64,000 nucleotides of DNA from the IMG/VR virus record IMGVR_UViG_3300021963_000030, one strand, 5' to 3'. Below, in pieces: positions 45,201-54,538 of this stretch. Each line of letters opens with the position of its first letter. The first letter of the stretch is position 1. The translations under genes and the position numbers were made by a program. The notes beneath the pieces were generated by a model. It saw only the letters and a program-made list of their open reading frames with translations. It made no database searches and was not told the DNA's origin. This stretch comes from a virus.

Positions 45201-46315
45201 CAGAATATGAGATAAATACTACATTGTCTGTAAATTATAAAATTAAAAACTCTCCGGGGATTTTTAATATGAATAATTTGGATTTATTGTATTGTAATTC
45301 GGATGTATTTTCAAACCGAAGATTCCTTGTCATCGATGAAAAAATATATAAATTGTTTGCAAGCGAGATAAAACAATATTTTGAACATCACAATATATAC
45401 ACAAAAATTGTGACGCTGGACTCGGAAGAGATTTCAAAAACAGATTCAAAGTTGATTGAGTTGTTGGAAGAAATTGAGAACTTTAACTTAAATAGAAGAA
45501 GTGAACCTATTATTTGTATAGGTGGCGGAATAATACTTGATATAGCTGGGTTAGCATCATCGTTATATAGAAGAGGTATACCATACATAAGAGTTCCTAC
45601 TACATTATTGGGAATTGTGGATGTATCTGTCGCAGCTAAAACCGCAGTCAACTTTAAGAATAGACGAAATAGACTTGGATCGTATTATCCACCAATACTA
45701 AGTTTAATAGACAAATCATTTATATACACACAGACGTTGAGTGACATAAGTTCTGGTATGGGTGAAATTCTTAAGATGGCGGTAATCAAGGACCATGATC
45801 TGTTTTGTATTTTGGAAAAATATGGTTCCGAAATAATGCACAACAAGTTTAATCATCCACAATCCGATCACGTTATTCATCTGTCAATAAAAGGAATGAT
45901 AGAGGAGTTAGAAAATAATTTGTGGGAGAAGAATTTAAAGAGACTTGTAGATTTCGGTCATACATTTAGTCCAATTATTGAAATGCGATCTCTTGGAACA
46001 GATTGTGAATTAAAACATGGTCAAGCTGTGGCATTGGATGTTGTATTCTCTTCGATAATATCATATAATAGAAATATTTTATCGTATGACGAATTGGTAA
46101 GAATTATAAACACATCAAAAAATCTTGACTTGCCAACGGCACATGAATATTTTTGTAACTTTTCATTTTTGAGAGAATCATTAAATGATGCTACTAAACA
46201 TAGAAATGGAAATCAAAACATGCCTATTCCAACAAAAATTGGTGTGGGGAGTTTTGTAAATGATTTAACCGATGATGAAATAATAAAAGCAATCGAAGTT
46301 TTTAAAACTATATGA
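45197..46315 (+). CDS. sedoheptulose 7-phosphate cyclase, 2-epi-5-epi-valiolone synthase (EEVS) type
   Basis: RRSEPIICIGGGIILD, SLYRRGIPYIRVPTTL, GMGEILK, MIEELENNLWE..L.RLVDFGHTFSP, HGQAV. Confidence 0.85.
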   Translation: MTEYEINTTLSVNYKIKNSPGIFNMNNLDLLYCNSDVFSNRRFLVIDEKIYKLFASEIKQYFEHHNIYTKIVTLDSEEISKTDSKLIELLEEIENFNLNRRSEPIICIGGGIILDIAGLASSLYRRGIPYIRVPTTLLGIVDVSVAAKTAVNFKNRRNRLGSYYPPILSLIDKSFIYTQTLSDISSGMGEILKMAVIKDHDLFCILEKYGSEIMHNKFNHPQSDHVIHLSIKGMIEELENNLWEKNLKRLVDFGHTFSPIIEMRSLGTDCELKHGQAVALDVVFSSIISYNRNILSYDELVRIINTSKNLDLPTAHEYFCNFSFLRESLNDATKHRNGNQNMPIPTKIGVGSFVNDLTDDEIIKAIEVFKTI

Positions 46316-46989
46316 AAAAAACAGTAATAATAACAGGAGTTAGCAGTGGTGTTGGAAAAAAGGCGGTCGAAAAGTTCTTGTCAAAGAAATGGAATGTGAT
46401 AGGGCTTTCTAGAAACAAAGTTGATTTTTCCAGTAAAAATTATTTGCATATAGAGACAGATTTGAAGAGCGTCGAGTCGATAAAAAAAACATTTGACGTT
46501 ATATCCGATAAATTTGATTCGATTGATTTATTGATTAACAATGCTGCTATATTTAAAATGAAACCCTTTACTGAGTTTTCAGAACAAGAGATCAATGACA
46601 TTATAGATACAAATATCAAAGGGGTCATTTTTTGCACACTGAATACATTGAAAATTATGAAACAGGGTAGAATAGTGAATATAAGCTCTGTATCTGGAAC
46701 GCATGGAATAGAAAATCAATCAGTATACAGTTCGACCAAATATGCTCTAAATGGATTTTCTGAGTCTTTAAATCAAGAACTTATAAAGAAAAATATATTA
46801 ATCACTACAATTTGTCCTGGCGGAATAAATACCCCTTTGTGGAATGAGAAAAATAAATACCCAGGTGGTGACACAAACAAACTTTTGAAAGATGAAGATG
46901 TTGTGAACATGATAGAGTATGTATCTGAATTGCCTAAAAATGTAGTTTTGAAAAATGTAGTTTTGTTTCCAACATGCGAATGGCATTAA
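46312..46989 (+). CDS. short-chain dehydrogenase/reductase
   Basis: TGVSSGVG, LINNAA, NISS, YSSTK, ICPGGINT. Confidence 0.92.
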   Translation: MKKTVIITGVSSGVGKKAVEKFLSKKWNVIGLSRNKVDFSSKNYLHIETDLKSVESIKKTFDVISDKFDSIDLLINNAAIFKMKPFTEFSEQEINDIIDTNIKGVIFCTLNTLKIMKQGRIVNISSVSGTHGIENQSVYSSTKYALNGFSESLNQELIKKNILITTICPGGINTPLWNEKNKYPGGDTNKLLKDEDVVNMIEYVSELPKNVVLKNVVLFPTCEWH

Positions 46990-46993
46990 TATT

Positions 46994-47698
46994 ATGAATC
47001 TTATACTAACGATGGCCGGTAAATACTCTCGGTTTGTCAACGAGGGATTTAAAATTCCAAAGTATCTATTACCTTGGGCAAATCACACGATATTGTCCGA
47101 AATATTGTTTAATCTGACAAATCAAAATGTGTTCAAGAATGTATTTTTGGTTGCCAACAAAAACGATAAAAATTTCATGTATCAAATTTTGTATACAATG
47201 AAATACTATAATATCCCGCAAGAAAACTTAGTCTTTATAGGTGATACAAAAAGTCAATGTGAAACCGCCTTACACGGCATTGATAGATTTAAAAATAGAT
47301 TGGTGAACGGACCTATATGTTTTCATAATATAGACACTATATTGTATGAACGAGATTTACACCACATTTCAAATAGTTTGAATAAGTATGATGGATATAT
47401 CGATATATTTACTTCAAATAATCATGAATATAGTTACATATTAACTGATGACATATATGTAAAGGACATACAAGAAAAAATACTGATATCTTCTGTAGCC
47501 AGTTCTGGATTTTATGGATTTTCTAACACAGATACGTTTTTTAAATATTACGAGGATGACTACTTCAGCAAGACATATAGAAATATGATAAATGATGATA
47601 AAAAAGTAGTTTTTGGTAATTTACACAATGAGAATAATACTCTAGTGTTAGGAACTCCAAAAGAGTATTTTTACTTATCTAGTAAACACATCGTTTAG
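46994..47698 (+). CDS. sugar-phosphate nucleotidyltransferase-like protein
   Basis: LTMAGKYSRF...PKYLL, SQCETA, NIDT, LGTPKEY. Confidence 0.75.
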   Translation: MNLILTMAGKYSRFVNEGFKIPKYLLPWANHTILSEILFNLTNQNVFKNVFLVANKNDKNFMYQILYTMKYYNIPQENLVFIGDTKSQCETALHGIDRFKNRLVNGPICFHNIDTILYERDLHHISNSLNKYDGYIDIFTSNNHEYSYILTDDIYVKDIQEKILISSVASSGFYGFSNTDTFFKYYEDDYFSKTYRNMINDDKKVVFGNLHNENNTLVLGTPKEYFYLSSKHIV

Positions 47699-48513
47699 TT
47701 GGAAAAGTAGTTTTTCCAAAACTTGTATACATCCACAATGTTACTTTCGTTAACATTGTTGTTTTCAATAATATATTTCCATGATCTAAAACATTCGACA
47801 TCGACTGGAGTTCCAAGACATGCGTATTTTGTGGCATCATATTGGGTTACTTTTAGTCCATCTTGAATCATTAGGTTGTAAGGAACAGTAACATAGTATT
47901 CACCATTGACGCAAATCTTTTCATTCATTAGACGATTGAAATAGTGTTTCATCAATTTACCAGTCTTAAAGTAATAGATACCATTTGATGCTGGTTCATT
48001 TGGTTTTACTAATTCCATGGGTTTCTTTTCATGCACATACGATACAAAACCCTTTTCATCCACCGTGAGAAATGCAAATGACTTGTTATACAATTTATGT
48101 GGCACAAAACCAGTGTGAGTCACAACAACACCATCTGAATTTGATTCTCGACAGTGTTTAAGAAAATCTGTAAAGTCCCAATTTTGTGTGAGATCACAAT
48201 AGCTTACAATTACTTCTTCGTCATCGGGGATGTTGTCAAAAGCATTTGAAATCGAATATACAGGACCCAGTGTATTTTTGTCGATAGCTACAATCTTTGA
48301 CACCTTGGATTCTAATATGGCCCTTTCAATAGCGTTAGCTGACAAATCATCTTTTCTGACAATGAATATAAAGTCTTTGTCTTCTACGGTGGGAAACATG
48401 TCCAACACATAATCCAATATCTTTTTACCCTCGATCTTTATCAAAGCCTTAATTGGATATCCCTTTGATGTAAAACGTTCACTATTTCCCGAAAGTGTTA
48501 TAACAATCTTCAT
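47695..48513 (-). CDS. sugar-phosphate nucleotidyltransferase-like protein
   Basis: ITLSGNSERF...IKALI, SYCD, HEKKP, ASNGIYYF, NGEYYV, LGTPVD. Confidence 0.8.
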   Translation of the reverse strand: MKIVITLSGNSERFTSKGYPIKALIKIEGKKILDYVLDMFPTVEDKDFIFIVRKDDLSANAIERAILESKVSKIVAIDKNTLGPVYSISNAFDNIPDDEEVIVSYCDLTQNWDFTDFLKHCRESNSDGVVVTHTGFVPHKLYNKSFAFLTVDEKGFVSYVHEKKPMELVKPNEPASNGIYYFKTGKLMKHYFNRLMNEKICVNGEYYVTVPYNLMIQDGLKVTQYDATKYACLGTPVDVECFRSWKYIIENNNVNESNIVDVYKFWKNYFSN

Positions 48514-48952
48514 AAAATTTAATGTTGTCACTTATTATGCCATCAAACTGTAAAATTTCATCGACAGTATAGTTTGACATTTCTGGCATCATTAATATGC
48601 CTTTTCTATAAGTAGTAACTGTGTGCGGATTTATTAGAATTTTTCCTTTACTAGATAGTGTAAATTTATCATTGGTGTGACTGAATATGTCCAATACTGG
48701 TAATGAACTCAATTTGAACAATGAAGCATCATCTTTACAGTGGATCAGTAATCTTGTATAATGTTTTTTCAAAAACTGGTCATTAATTTTCCACACGGGT
48801 TCATCGTGACCTAAATATAATACATCATCTTTACACCAAATATCAATTTCGACATCATATCCCTCTGATATCACGTTTTCGATAACGGATGGAACGTTTT
48901 CGTTGATCTTATGACGACCCTGTAAGTTTCCTCTATGACTAATGAATTTCAT
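48482..48952 (-). CDS. small GDPD/PLC-like phosphodiesterase
   Basis: ISHRGN, EN, GYDVEIDIW, LGHD, IHCK, GIISD. Confidence 0.7.
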   Translation of the reverse strand: MKFISHRGNLQGRHKINENVPSVIENVISEGYDVEIDIWCKDDVLYLGHDEPVWKINDQFLKKHYTRLLIHCKDDASLFKLSSLPVLDIFSHTNDKFTLSSKGKILINPHTVTTYRKGILMMPEMSNYTVDEILQFDGIISDNIKFYEDCYNTFGK

Positions 48953-49019
48953 TTTTACAATATATATTTGAAAGTCAAATTCCAAAACAACTATATCCAA
49001 AATATAATAATTCATCAAA

Positions 49020-49047
49020 TTGACATGTCGTCTAGTTATGGTATGAT
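49020..49047 (+). promoter_or_regulatory. sigma70-type promoter of the right-hand GT operon
   Basis: TTGACA-N16-(TGG)TATGAT. Confidence 0.7.
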
Positions 49048-49062
49048 TGAATCTAAACTAAT

Positions 49063-49497
49063 ATGAAAGTTATTACAATACAACAACCGTTTTATTTAAA
49101 GTATGTTTCGGCTCTCAAGAAGTTGACAAAAAAGTTATCTAGAATCAAGACCGAACCAAAAATTCAAAGAGAGTCTGATCTGTGGTATGGTCTTGAACAA
49201 GCAAATGACAAACCATTTAGGTGGTCTCATCCACTAACAAAGGTTAATATTCAAAACGTAGACAAGGTTGTATTTGTTTTTTCTGATCCAATTGGTCGAG
49301 AAATGACTTTCAAATCAAAAGAGGTAGACCACACTATCAAGTTGGCACCAGGGGAAGAATACAAGGTAATTGTATCTACGTATGATGCAAATGAAATCTC
49401 CATCAGAATAGATCCATTTAATCCAGATAACGACACACGTTCACTTGGTGCTCAATATTATTCTATCACTTCTGAAGATACATTGGTATTGAACTAA
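49063..49497 (+). CDS. GT-associated beta-domain protein (paralog of 50925)
   Basis: WYGLE...FRWS...NDTRSLG. Confidence 0.6.
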   Translation: MKVITIQQPFYLKYVSALKKLTKKLSRIKTEPKIQRESDLWYGLEQANDKPFRWSHPLTKVNIQNVDKVVFVFSDPIGREMTFKSKEVDHTIKLAPGEEYKVIVSTYDANEISIRIDPFNPDNDTRSLGAQYYSITSEDTLVLN

Positions 49498-49498
49498 T

Positions 49499-50917
49499 AT
49501 GGAGAAATACAATCAGAACAGTATTGATTTCTTACGAGAACGTAGTAATTCTTTGGTGTTGATATCCAAAGATAAAACTGTTCTTGATAGTTTGAAGTCT
49601 GAAAAAGACATTGAACTATATTTGATCGATGATATGGATGCTTTGAATGGTATTGGTATCTATAATGAATTGATCAAGAAACTTGGCAAAACGTTTGTAT
49701 TTGTCAATAGTAGTTTCGAAGAAAATAAGTTCTTAAGGTTTGTAGTCAATAGAACGCTGAATGTATTTGAAAAGGAAAAGATTTTTTGTAATATTATCGT
49801 ATATCCAAAATATGATTTTCCTCGTAAAGAGACCCTCAAGAAGATCAGTCTAATCAAGTTGTTCAATCGATCAAATATCGAATTGGACATCGTGGACTCG
49901 GTATATTACGTTGGTCAGTATGGAACAAGTGGTTATGCTACCGCAGCTAAAGGTTACATCGCAGAATATGTTACAAAAGGTGTTCCAATTTGTTGGCACA
50001 CGTTACGGTTTGATAGTAGTAAACTCGATACCACAAACTACGTCAATGCTCTTGCTGAAAGCGCAATGAATCGATCTTTGCCTGGTAAAGATCAAATTAC
50101 GTTACATTCGACTCCCGATTTGTGGCCCGAGTTCATAAGAAAGTATGAATGTTCTAAATACAAACGTGTTGTGGGATATTGTGCTTGGGAAAGTAGTAAG
50201 TTACCTTCTAAGTGGGTTGATTGTATTAACATGATACCTGAGGTATGGGTTCCGTCTGTATACAACAAAGAGGTTTATGAAAAATGTGGTGTCAAATCCA
50301 AAGTAGAAGTTGTGCCTCACGTATGGTTTGATCAAAAACTCTTGGATAAGAGTAAGATTAATATTACCGACTGTTTCGGAACTGAACTAAGCAAGACCAA
50401 ATATACATTTTATAGCATTGGTGAGTTGACCGCACGTAAGAGTATTGAAGAGTTGGTTAAGGTATTTGACAAGTTAAATAATAAGTATCCTAATACCCAA
50501 CTTCTTTTAAAGGTTCACTATAAAGATTATACTCTAAACAACATTAATTATATCGTTAACAAGTTGAGTGTATTGACTGATAAAATCGGTAAAAGTGTTC
50601 ACTTGTTGTTGATGAATCTTAACGAACGTGAAATGTTAAGTTTGCACAGTTTTGGTGACTGTTATGTAAGTCTTACTAAGTCAGAAGGATTTGGATTGAC
50701 TATCTTTGAAGCATTTCATCTTAAAAAGGATGTTATTGCTACTGGATATAGTGGTCACATCGACTTTCTTGGCAAAGACCATCCTGGATTGGTAAAATAT
50801 AAAATTGGATCAATTCAAGGTATGGAAACGTTCAGTGCTAATTATACTAGTGACCAAGAATGGGCATACCCAGATTTGGAACATACTTATGCTTTAATGG
50901 AATCAAAAGTGAAATAA
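49499..50917 (+). CDS. GT4 glycosyltransferase with N-terminal extension
   Basis: SGYATAAKGY, WESSKLP, RKSIEEL, TKSEGFGLTIFEA, IATGYSGHIDF. Confidence 0.85.
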   Translation: MEKYNQNSIDFLRERSNSLVLISKDKTVLDSLKSEKDIELYLIDDMDALNGIGIYNELIKKLGKTFVFVNSSFEENKFLRFVVNRTLNVFEKEKIFCNIIVYPKYDFPRKETLKKISLIKLFNRSNIELDIVDSVYYVGQYGTSGYATAAKGYIAEYVTKGVPICWHTLRFDSSKLDTTNYVNALAESAMNRSLPGKDQITLHSTPDLWPEFIRKYECSKYKRVVGYCAWESSKLPSKWVDCINMIPEVWVPSVYNKEVYEKCGVKSKVEVVPHVWFDQKLLDKSKINITDCFGTELSKTKYTFYSIGELTARKSIEELVKVFDKLNNKYPNTQLLLKVHYKDYTLNNINYIVNKLSVLTDKIGKSVHLLLMNLNEREMLSLHSFGDCYVSLTKSEGFGLTIFEAFHLKKDVIATGYSGHIDFLGKDHPGLVKYKIGSIQGMETFSANYTSDQEWAYPDLEHTYALMESKVK

Positions 50918-50924
50918 AAAAGTT

Positions 50925-51350
50925 ATGGATGACGCAATTATAATCAATCAATCATTTTGGAATAGACTCAAGAATATTTTGAGTGTCAAATCATTCAATA
51001 GTGCTAGCACATTGTCCTTGAGTGGAACTGACTGGCACGAAGTTGAAAAAGACTTGGATGGCAACAAGTTCAGATGGTCTTTTCCAAAAACTACAATCAC
51101 ATACGAAAATATATCAGCATTAAGAGTTAAATTCACATGTCCAGTAGGTCGAGAAGTTCGTATATACAATGACCGTATTAACTTCAAACAAAAGTTGACT
51201 CCAAACAAACCATACATATTTATAATTAACTGTGTTGGCACTAAAGACTTGACTATTGAGACAGATTCGTATATGCCAGAGAATGACACTCGTTCACTGG
51301 GTCTGTGCTTTGCTCAAGTGTGTGAACATCCAAGTCTATCTTGCCTGTAA
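50925..51350 (+). CDS. GT-associated beta-domain protein (paralog of 49063)
   Basis: DWHEVE...FRWS...NDTRSLG. Confidence 0.6.
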   Translation: MDDAIIINQSFWNRLKNILSVKSFNSASTLSLSGTDWHEVEKDLDGNKFRWSFPKTTITYENISALRVKFTCPVGREVRIYNDRINFKQKLTPNKPYIFIINCVGTKDLTIETDSYMPENDTRSLGLCFAQVCEHPSLSCL

Positions 51351-51354
51351 AATA

Positions 51355-52392
51355 ATGAAAAAATTACTATATCTCTGTTGTCACTGTGTGTTGGAATATG
51401 ACGAACTCCGACTTCTTCATGAATTAGGTTATGATGTATTTACCAATGACGCATATCACCGTCCAAAAACGCCGGTAGTAAATAGAAGACCACCTCTGAA
51501 TATTGAAGATAAGCCAGATTATCTCCAGAAGTTTTACGATATGTGTCATGTCAATTCACATAATCCAGACGTTAAGCCAGAACAATACAATAACTTGTTG
51601 ACTGATGCCATGATTGATTCATTTGACACAATCATGATCATGCATCTTCCTAGATTCATTGAACAAAACTGGGATCGTATCAAACACAAGAATGTTATCT
51701 GGAGAACTATTGGACAATCTACTGCTGATGTTGAAGCCAAGATGCAAAAGTATCGTGCTGAAGGTCTGAAGATTGTTCGTTATAGTCCAAGTGAACGTGA
51801 ACTGGGTAATTACTGTGGTGAAGATGCGATGATTCGATTTGCCAAGTATAAGAACGATTATCTACCATATGTTGGCGATCAAAATTATGTGATGACGTTT
51901 GGTCAGAACGTGGTTGGTAGAGGTGATCATTGCAGATACGATTTGATTCGTCATGTTGCAAAAGATTTCAATTTCAAGTTGTTTGGACCAGGCAATCAAG
52001 CTGCTCCTATGGACTGTGGTGAATTGGACTACAAGGATCAGTTGGTTGAACTATCAAAGAACAAAGTCTATTTGTATAGTGGAACCTGGCCAGCATCTTA
52101 TACATTAAATTTCATGGAAGCCTGGATGAGTGGAATTCCAGTTGTTGCTCTCGGTGATGAACTCGCTAGCAAAGTTGGTAAGTTCCCATACGAAGTTAAC
52201 AAGTTGATCAAACACGGAGAAAACGGATTCTGTTGCAACAATGTTGCTGAACTCAAGGAATGTATTCGTGAAATAATGACCGATACAAATTTTAGAAAGA
52301 AGATCAGTGAGAATGGTAGAAAAGCTGCTATTGAATATTTTGATGCAGAATCTATCAAACCTCAATGGAAAGCATTTTTTGACAAACTATGA
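51355..52392 (+). CDS. GT-B (GT4-like) glycosyltransferase
   Basis: FMEAWMSGIPVVA, IKHGENGF, ISENGRKAA. Confidence 0.8.
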   Translation: MKKLLYLCCHCVLEYDELRLLHELGYDVFTNDAYHRPKTPVVNRRPPLNIEDKPDYLQKFYDMCHVNSHNPDVKPEQYNNLLTDAMIDSFDTIMIMHLPRFIEQNWDRIKHKNVIWRTIGQSTADVEAKMQKYRAEGLKIVRYSPSERELGNYCGEDAMIRFAKYKNDYLPYVGDQNYVMTFGQNVVGRGDHCRYDLIRHVAKDFNFKLFGPGNQAAPMDCGELDYKDQLVELSKNKVYLYSGTWPASYTLNFMEAWMSGIPVVALGDELASKVGKFPYEVNKLIKHGENGFCCNNVAELKECIREIMTDTNFRKKISENGRKAAIEYFDAESIKPQWKAFFDKL

Positions 52393-53546
52393 AAGTATTT
52401 TGTGATTTTCACCATCGTGATTTAGTTAACTCAATGTGTCACCTATTCGAAAAAAGAATGGGTGCCGAACTGTATGTTCCTTATGGAATGGATTATTACA
52501 AACAAGGATACTGGAGAATTGTTGATGCAAATATTGACAGTGTTGCGGAACAATTCTTGATAAACCAATTTGGTAATGATGGTCTACAAGAATTTACAGA
52601 TAATGAAGATGGAACAGTGTTGGTAAAGTCTAATGATGGTAAATTGCCATATAAAGGTATGGACTTTGAAACGTTCTGTAAAACTAAGTTCGACATCATT
52701 ATTGCTACTGTTCCAGCGCACATTCCTCTTTATATGAAGTTGTTGAAGGATCATCAACCTCAAGCCAAGTTTATTTTTGAAGCGGGTAACAATTGGGGTA
52801 ACATCAACACCAACGTTCCCAACTTCTTGAATTCAACAACATATACATTTGTTTCGGGTGAAGATATACATGGGTTGACCATGACATCTCTTTACAAGAA
52901 ATTCCAAAAGAAGGACTTGTATAAGGGTATGCACAAGATATTCCAGAACAGACGTAATGGCAAGAAATGTAACATGGTTTTCTTCCATCCAGAATTTGAT
53001 CTGAACATCTTTAAGAATAACAATAGTATCAAAAACATCAAGAGTATTAGTAACATACGTCATAACTGTAATACTCTTGGTGGGTTATATGAACTTGAAC
53101 GTCGTTTACCAGATTGGACTATCAAAGCGTATGGTGTTGGTAATAGAGATGGCGAACTAAAGACAGATTATGACATTGCTAGAGTGATGAATGAATCTGG
53201 ATTTGTGTATCACGTTAAGCCTGTGGGTGACGGTTATGGATACAACGTTCACCAAACTTATGCTGTTGGTAGTATTTTGATTACAGACAGCAGTCACATG
53301 ACCAGCGCGGGAAATCCAGAAGAATGGTTTACGTCGCAACTATTATTGGACACTGAGAATTATGGAACCAAACCAACATTTGTTGATTGGGGTAAGTATA
53401 ACTACGACAGTGTGGTAAACAGATTGAAGTGGTGTGCCGATAACTATCCGACCATGCAAGAAAACGTCATAAATAAATTCAAAGAAGTTGTGGACTTTGA
53501 TGAAGAATACCAAAAGATTCGTGTATTTATTGAAAGACTAATATGA
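52389..53546 (+). CDS. divergent GT-B-like protein (paralog of 53543)
   Basis: DFHH..L, GNRDG, K..DGYGYNVH..YA.G. Confidence 0.55.
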   Translation: MKVFCDFHHRDLVNSMCHLFEKRMGAELYVPYGMDYYKQGYWRIVDANIDSVAEQFLINQFGNDGLQEFTDNEDGTVLVKSNDGKLPYKGMDFETFCKTKFDIIIATVPAHIPLYMKLLKDHQPQAKFIFEAGNNWGNINTNVPNFLNSTTYTFVSGEDIHGLTMTSLYKKFQKKDLYKGMHKIFQNRRNGKKCNMVFFHPEFDLNIFKNNNSIKNIKSISNIRHNCNTLGGLYELERRLPDWTIKAYGVGNRDGELKTDYDIARVMNESGFVYHVKPVGDGYGYNVHQTYAVGSILITDSSHMTSAGNPEEWFTSQLLLDTENYGTKPTFVDWGKYNYDSVVNRLKWCADNYPTMQENVINKFKEVVDFDEEYQKIRVFIERLI

Positions 53547-54538
53547 AAGTTTTAGCTGATTACCACCATTTATCTTTACTTAGATCCATTTACATTTTAT
53601 TCAGTCAACGACTTAACTACGAATTGGAAATTCCTAGTGGTTGGGATTGGTATTTTGAAGGATCATTGTATAGTTCATATGCACCAGAAGTTGGGTCTTA
53701 TACAATACATCCCGAATTCGATAATGCATATTTTAAACAATACATGCCTAAACTAGGTGGTGGCAGTTTTGAAAAGTTCAAGAACAATGAATATGATATT
53801 GTTGTATGCACTTTGCTTGAAAACTATATCACTTGGCAAACATTGATCAAACACTACAACCTAAAATGTAAGTTGATCTTTCAAATAGGCAATAACATTC
53901 CACTATGGTGTCAACCTACACAATTTGAAAACTTATTGTCTAGTTCATGGCCATGTTATGTAAACTACCCATGTAAGAACAAGGTGTTTTATCATCAAGA
54001 ATTTGACACAACCAAGTTTACCCAAAAGTTAGATTGTAATAGAAAGTCAATAGCTAACCTTCAACATTTTATGCAAATGCCTGAATTGTTTTATGGTCTT
54101 GAAAAAGCTATGCCGGACTATACATTCAAAGCACATGGTGCGGGTAATAGAGACGGATATATTCCAAACGGTGAAGATGAAATGTCTAATTTTATCAAAA
54201 ACCTTGGCTTCTTGTTTCACTGTAAGGTTGTAGATGAAGGTTATGGACATAATGTTCACAACGCATTTGCTTGTGGTAAGCCTGTGATCGTAGATTCTAC
54301 GCACATGGGTGTGGATTGGAATGGTTGGATTGGTAATACTGCGTCATTAATGTTTGAAGATGGTAAAACTGTTATTGATGTGAATGGTAAGACTCAAAAA
54401 GAAATTGAATTCAAAATCAGAGAAATGACAGAAAACTACGAAGAAGTTAGTAATTATGTTATGAAGAAGTTTAAACAAGTCAGTGATTTTGATTATGAGT
54501 TTCTTCAAATTAAGTCATTTTTGGCAAATCTAGTATGA
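53543..54538 (+). CDS. divergent GT-B-like protein (paralog of 52389)
   Basis: DYHH..L, GNRDG, K..EGYGHNVH.AFACGKPV. Confidence 0.55.
   Translation: MKVLADYHHLSLLRSIYILFSQRLNYELEIPSGWDWYFEGSLYSSYAPEVGSYTIHPEFDNAYFKQYMPKLGGGSFEKFKNNEYDIVVCTLLENYITWQTLIKHYNLKCKLIFQIGNNIPLWCQPTQFENLLSSSWPCYVNYPCKNKVFYHQEFDTTKFTQKLDCNRKSIANLQHFMQMPELFYGLEKAMPDYTFKAHGAGNRDGYIPNGEDEMSNFIKNLGFLFHCKVVDEGYGHNVHNAFACGKPVIVDSTHMGVDWNGWIGNTASLMFEDGKTVIDVNGKTQKEIEFKIREMTENYEEVSNYVMKKFKQVSDFDYEFLQIKSFLANLV

Noticed and set aside
45197-46315. Annotation as shikimate-pathway aroB, or as a gadusol/mycosporine sunscreen pathway
   Set aside because: The motifs are EEVS-type and no other aro genes are present. No adjacent MT-Ox, O-methyltransferase, ATP-grasp or D-Ala ligase. 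The neighbours point to activation and transfer.
14163-51355. Upstream start codons in the ORF track (14163, 17917, 23748, 28766, 31977, 42062, 48531, 49018, 51256, 58727)
   Set aside because: They overlap promoters or neighbouring genes. Downstream ATGs match domain starts and operon coupling.
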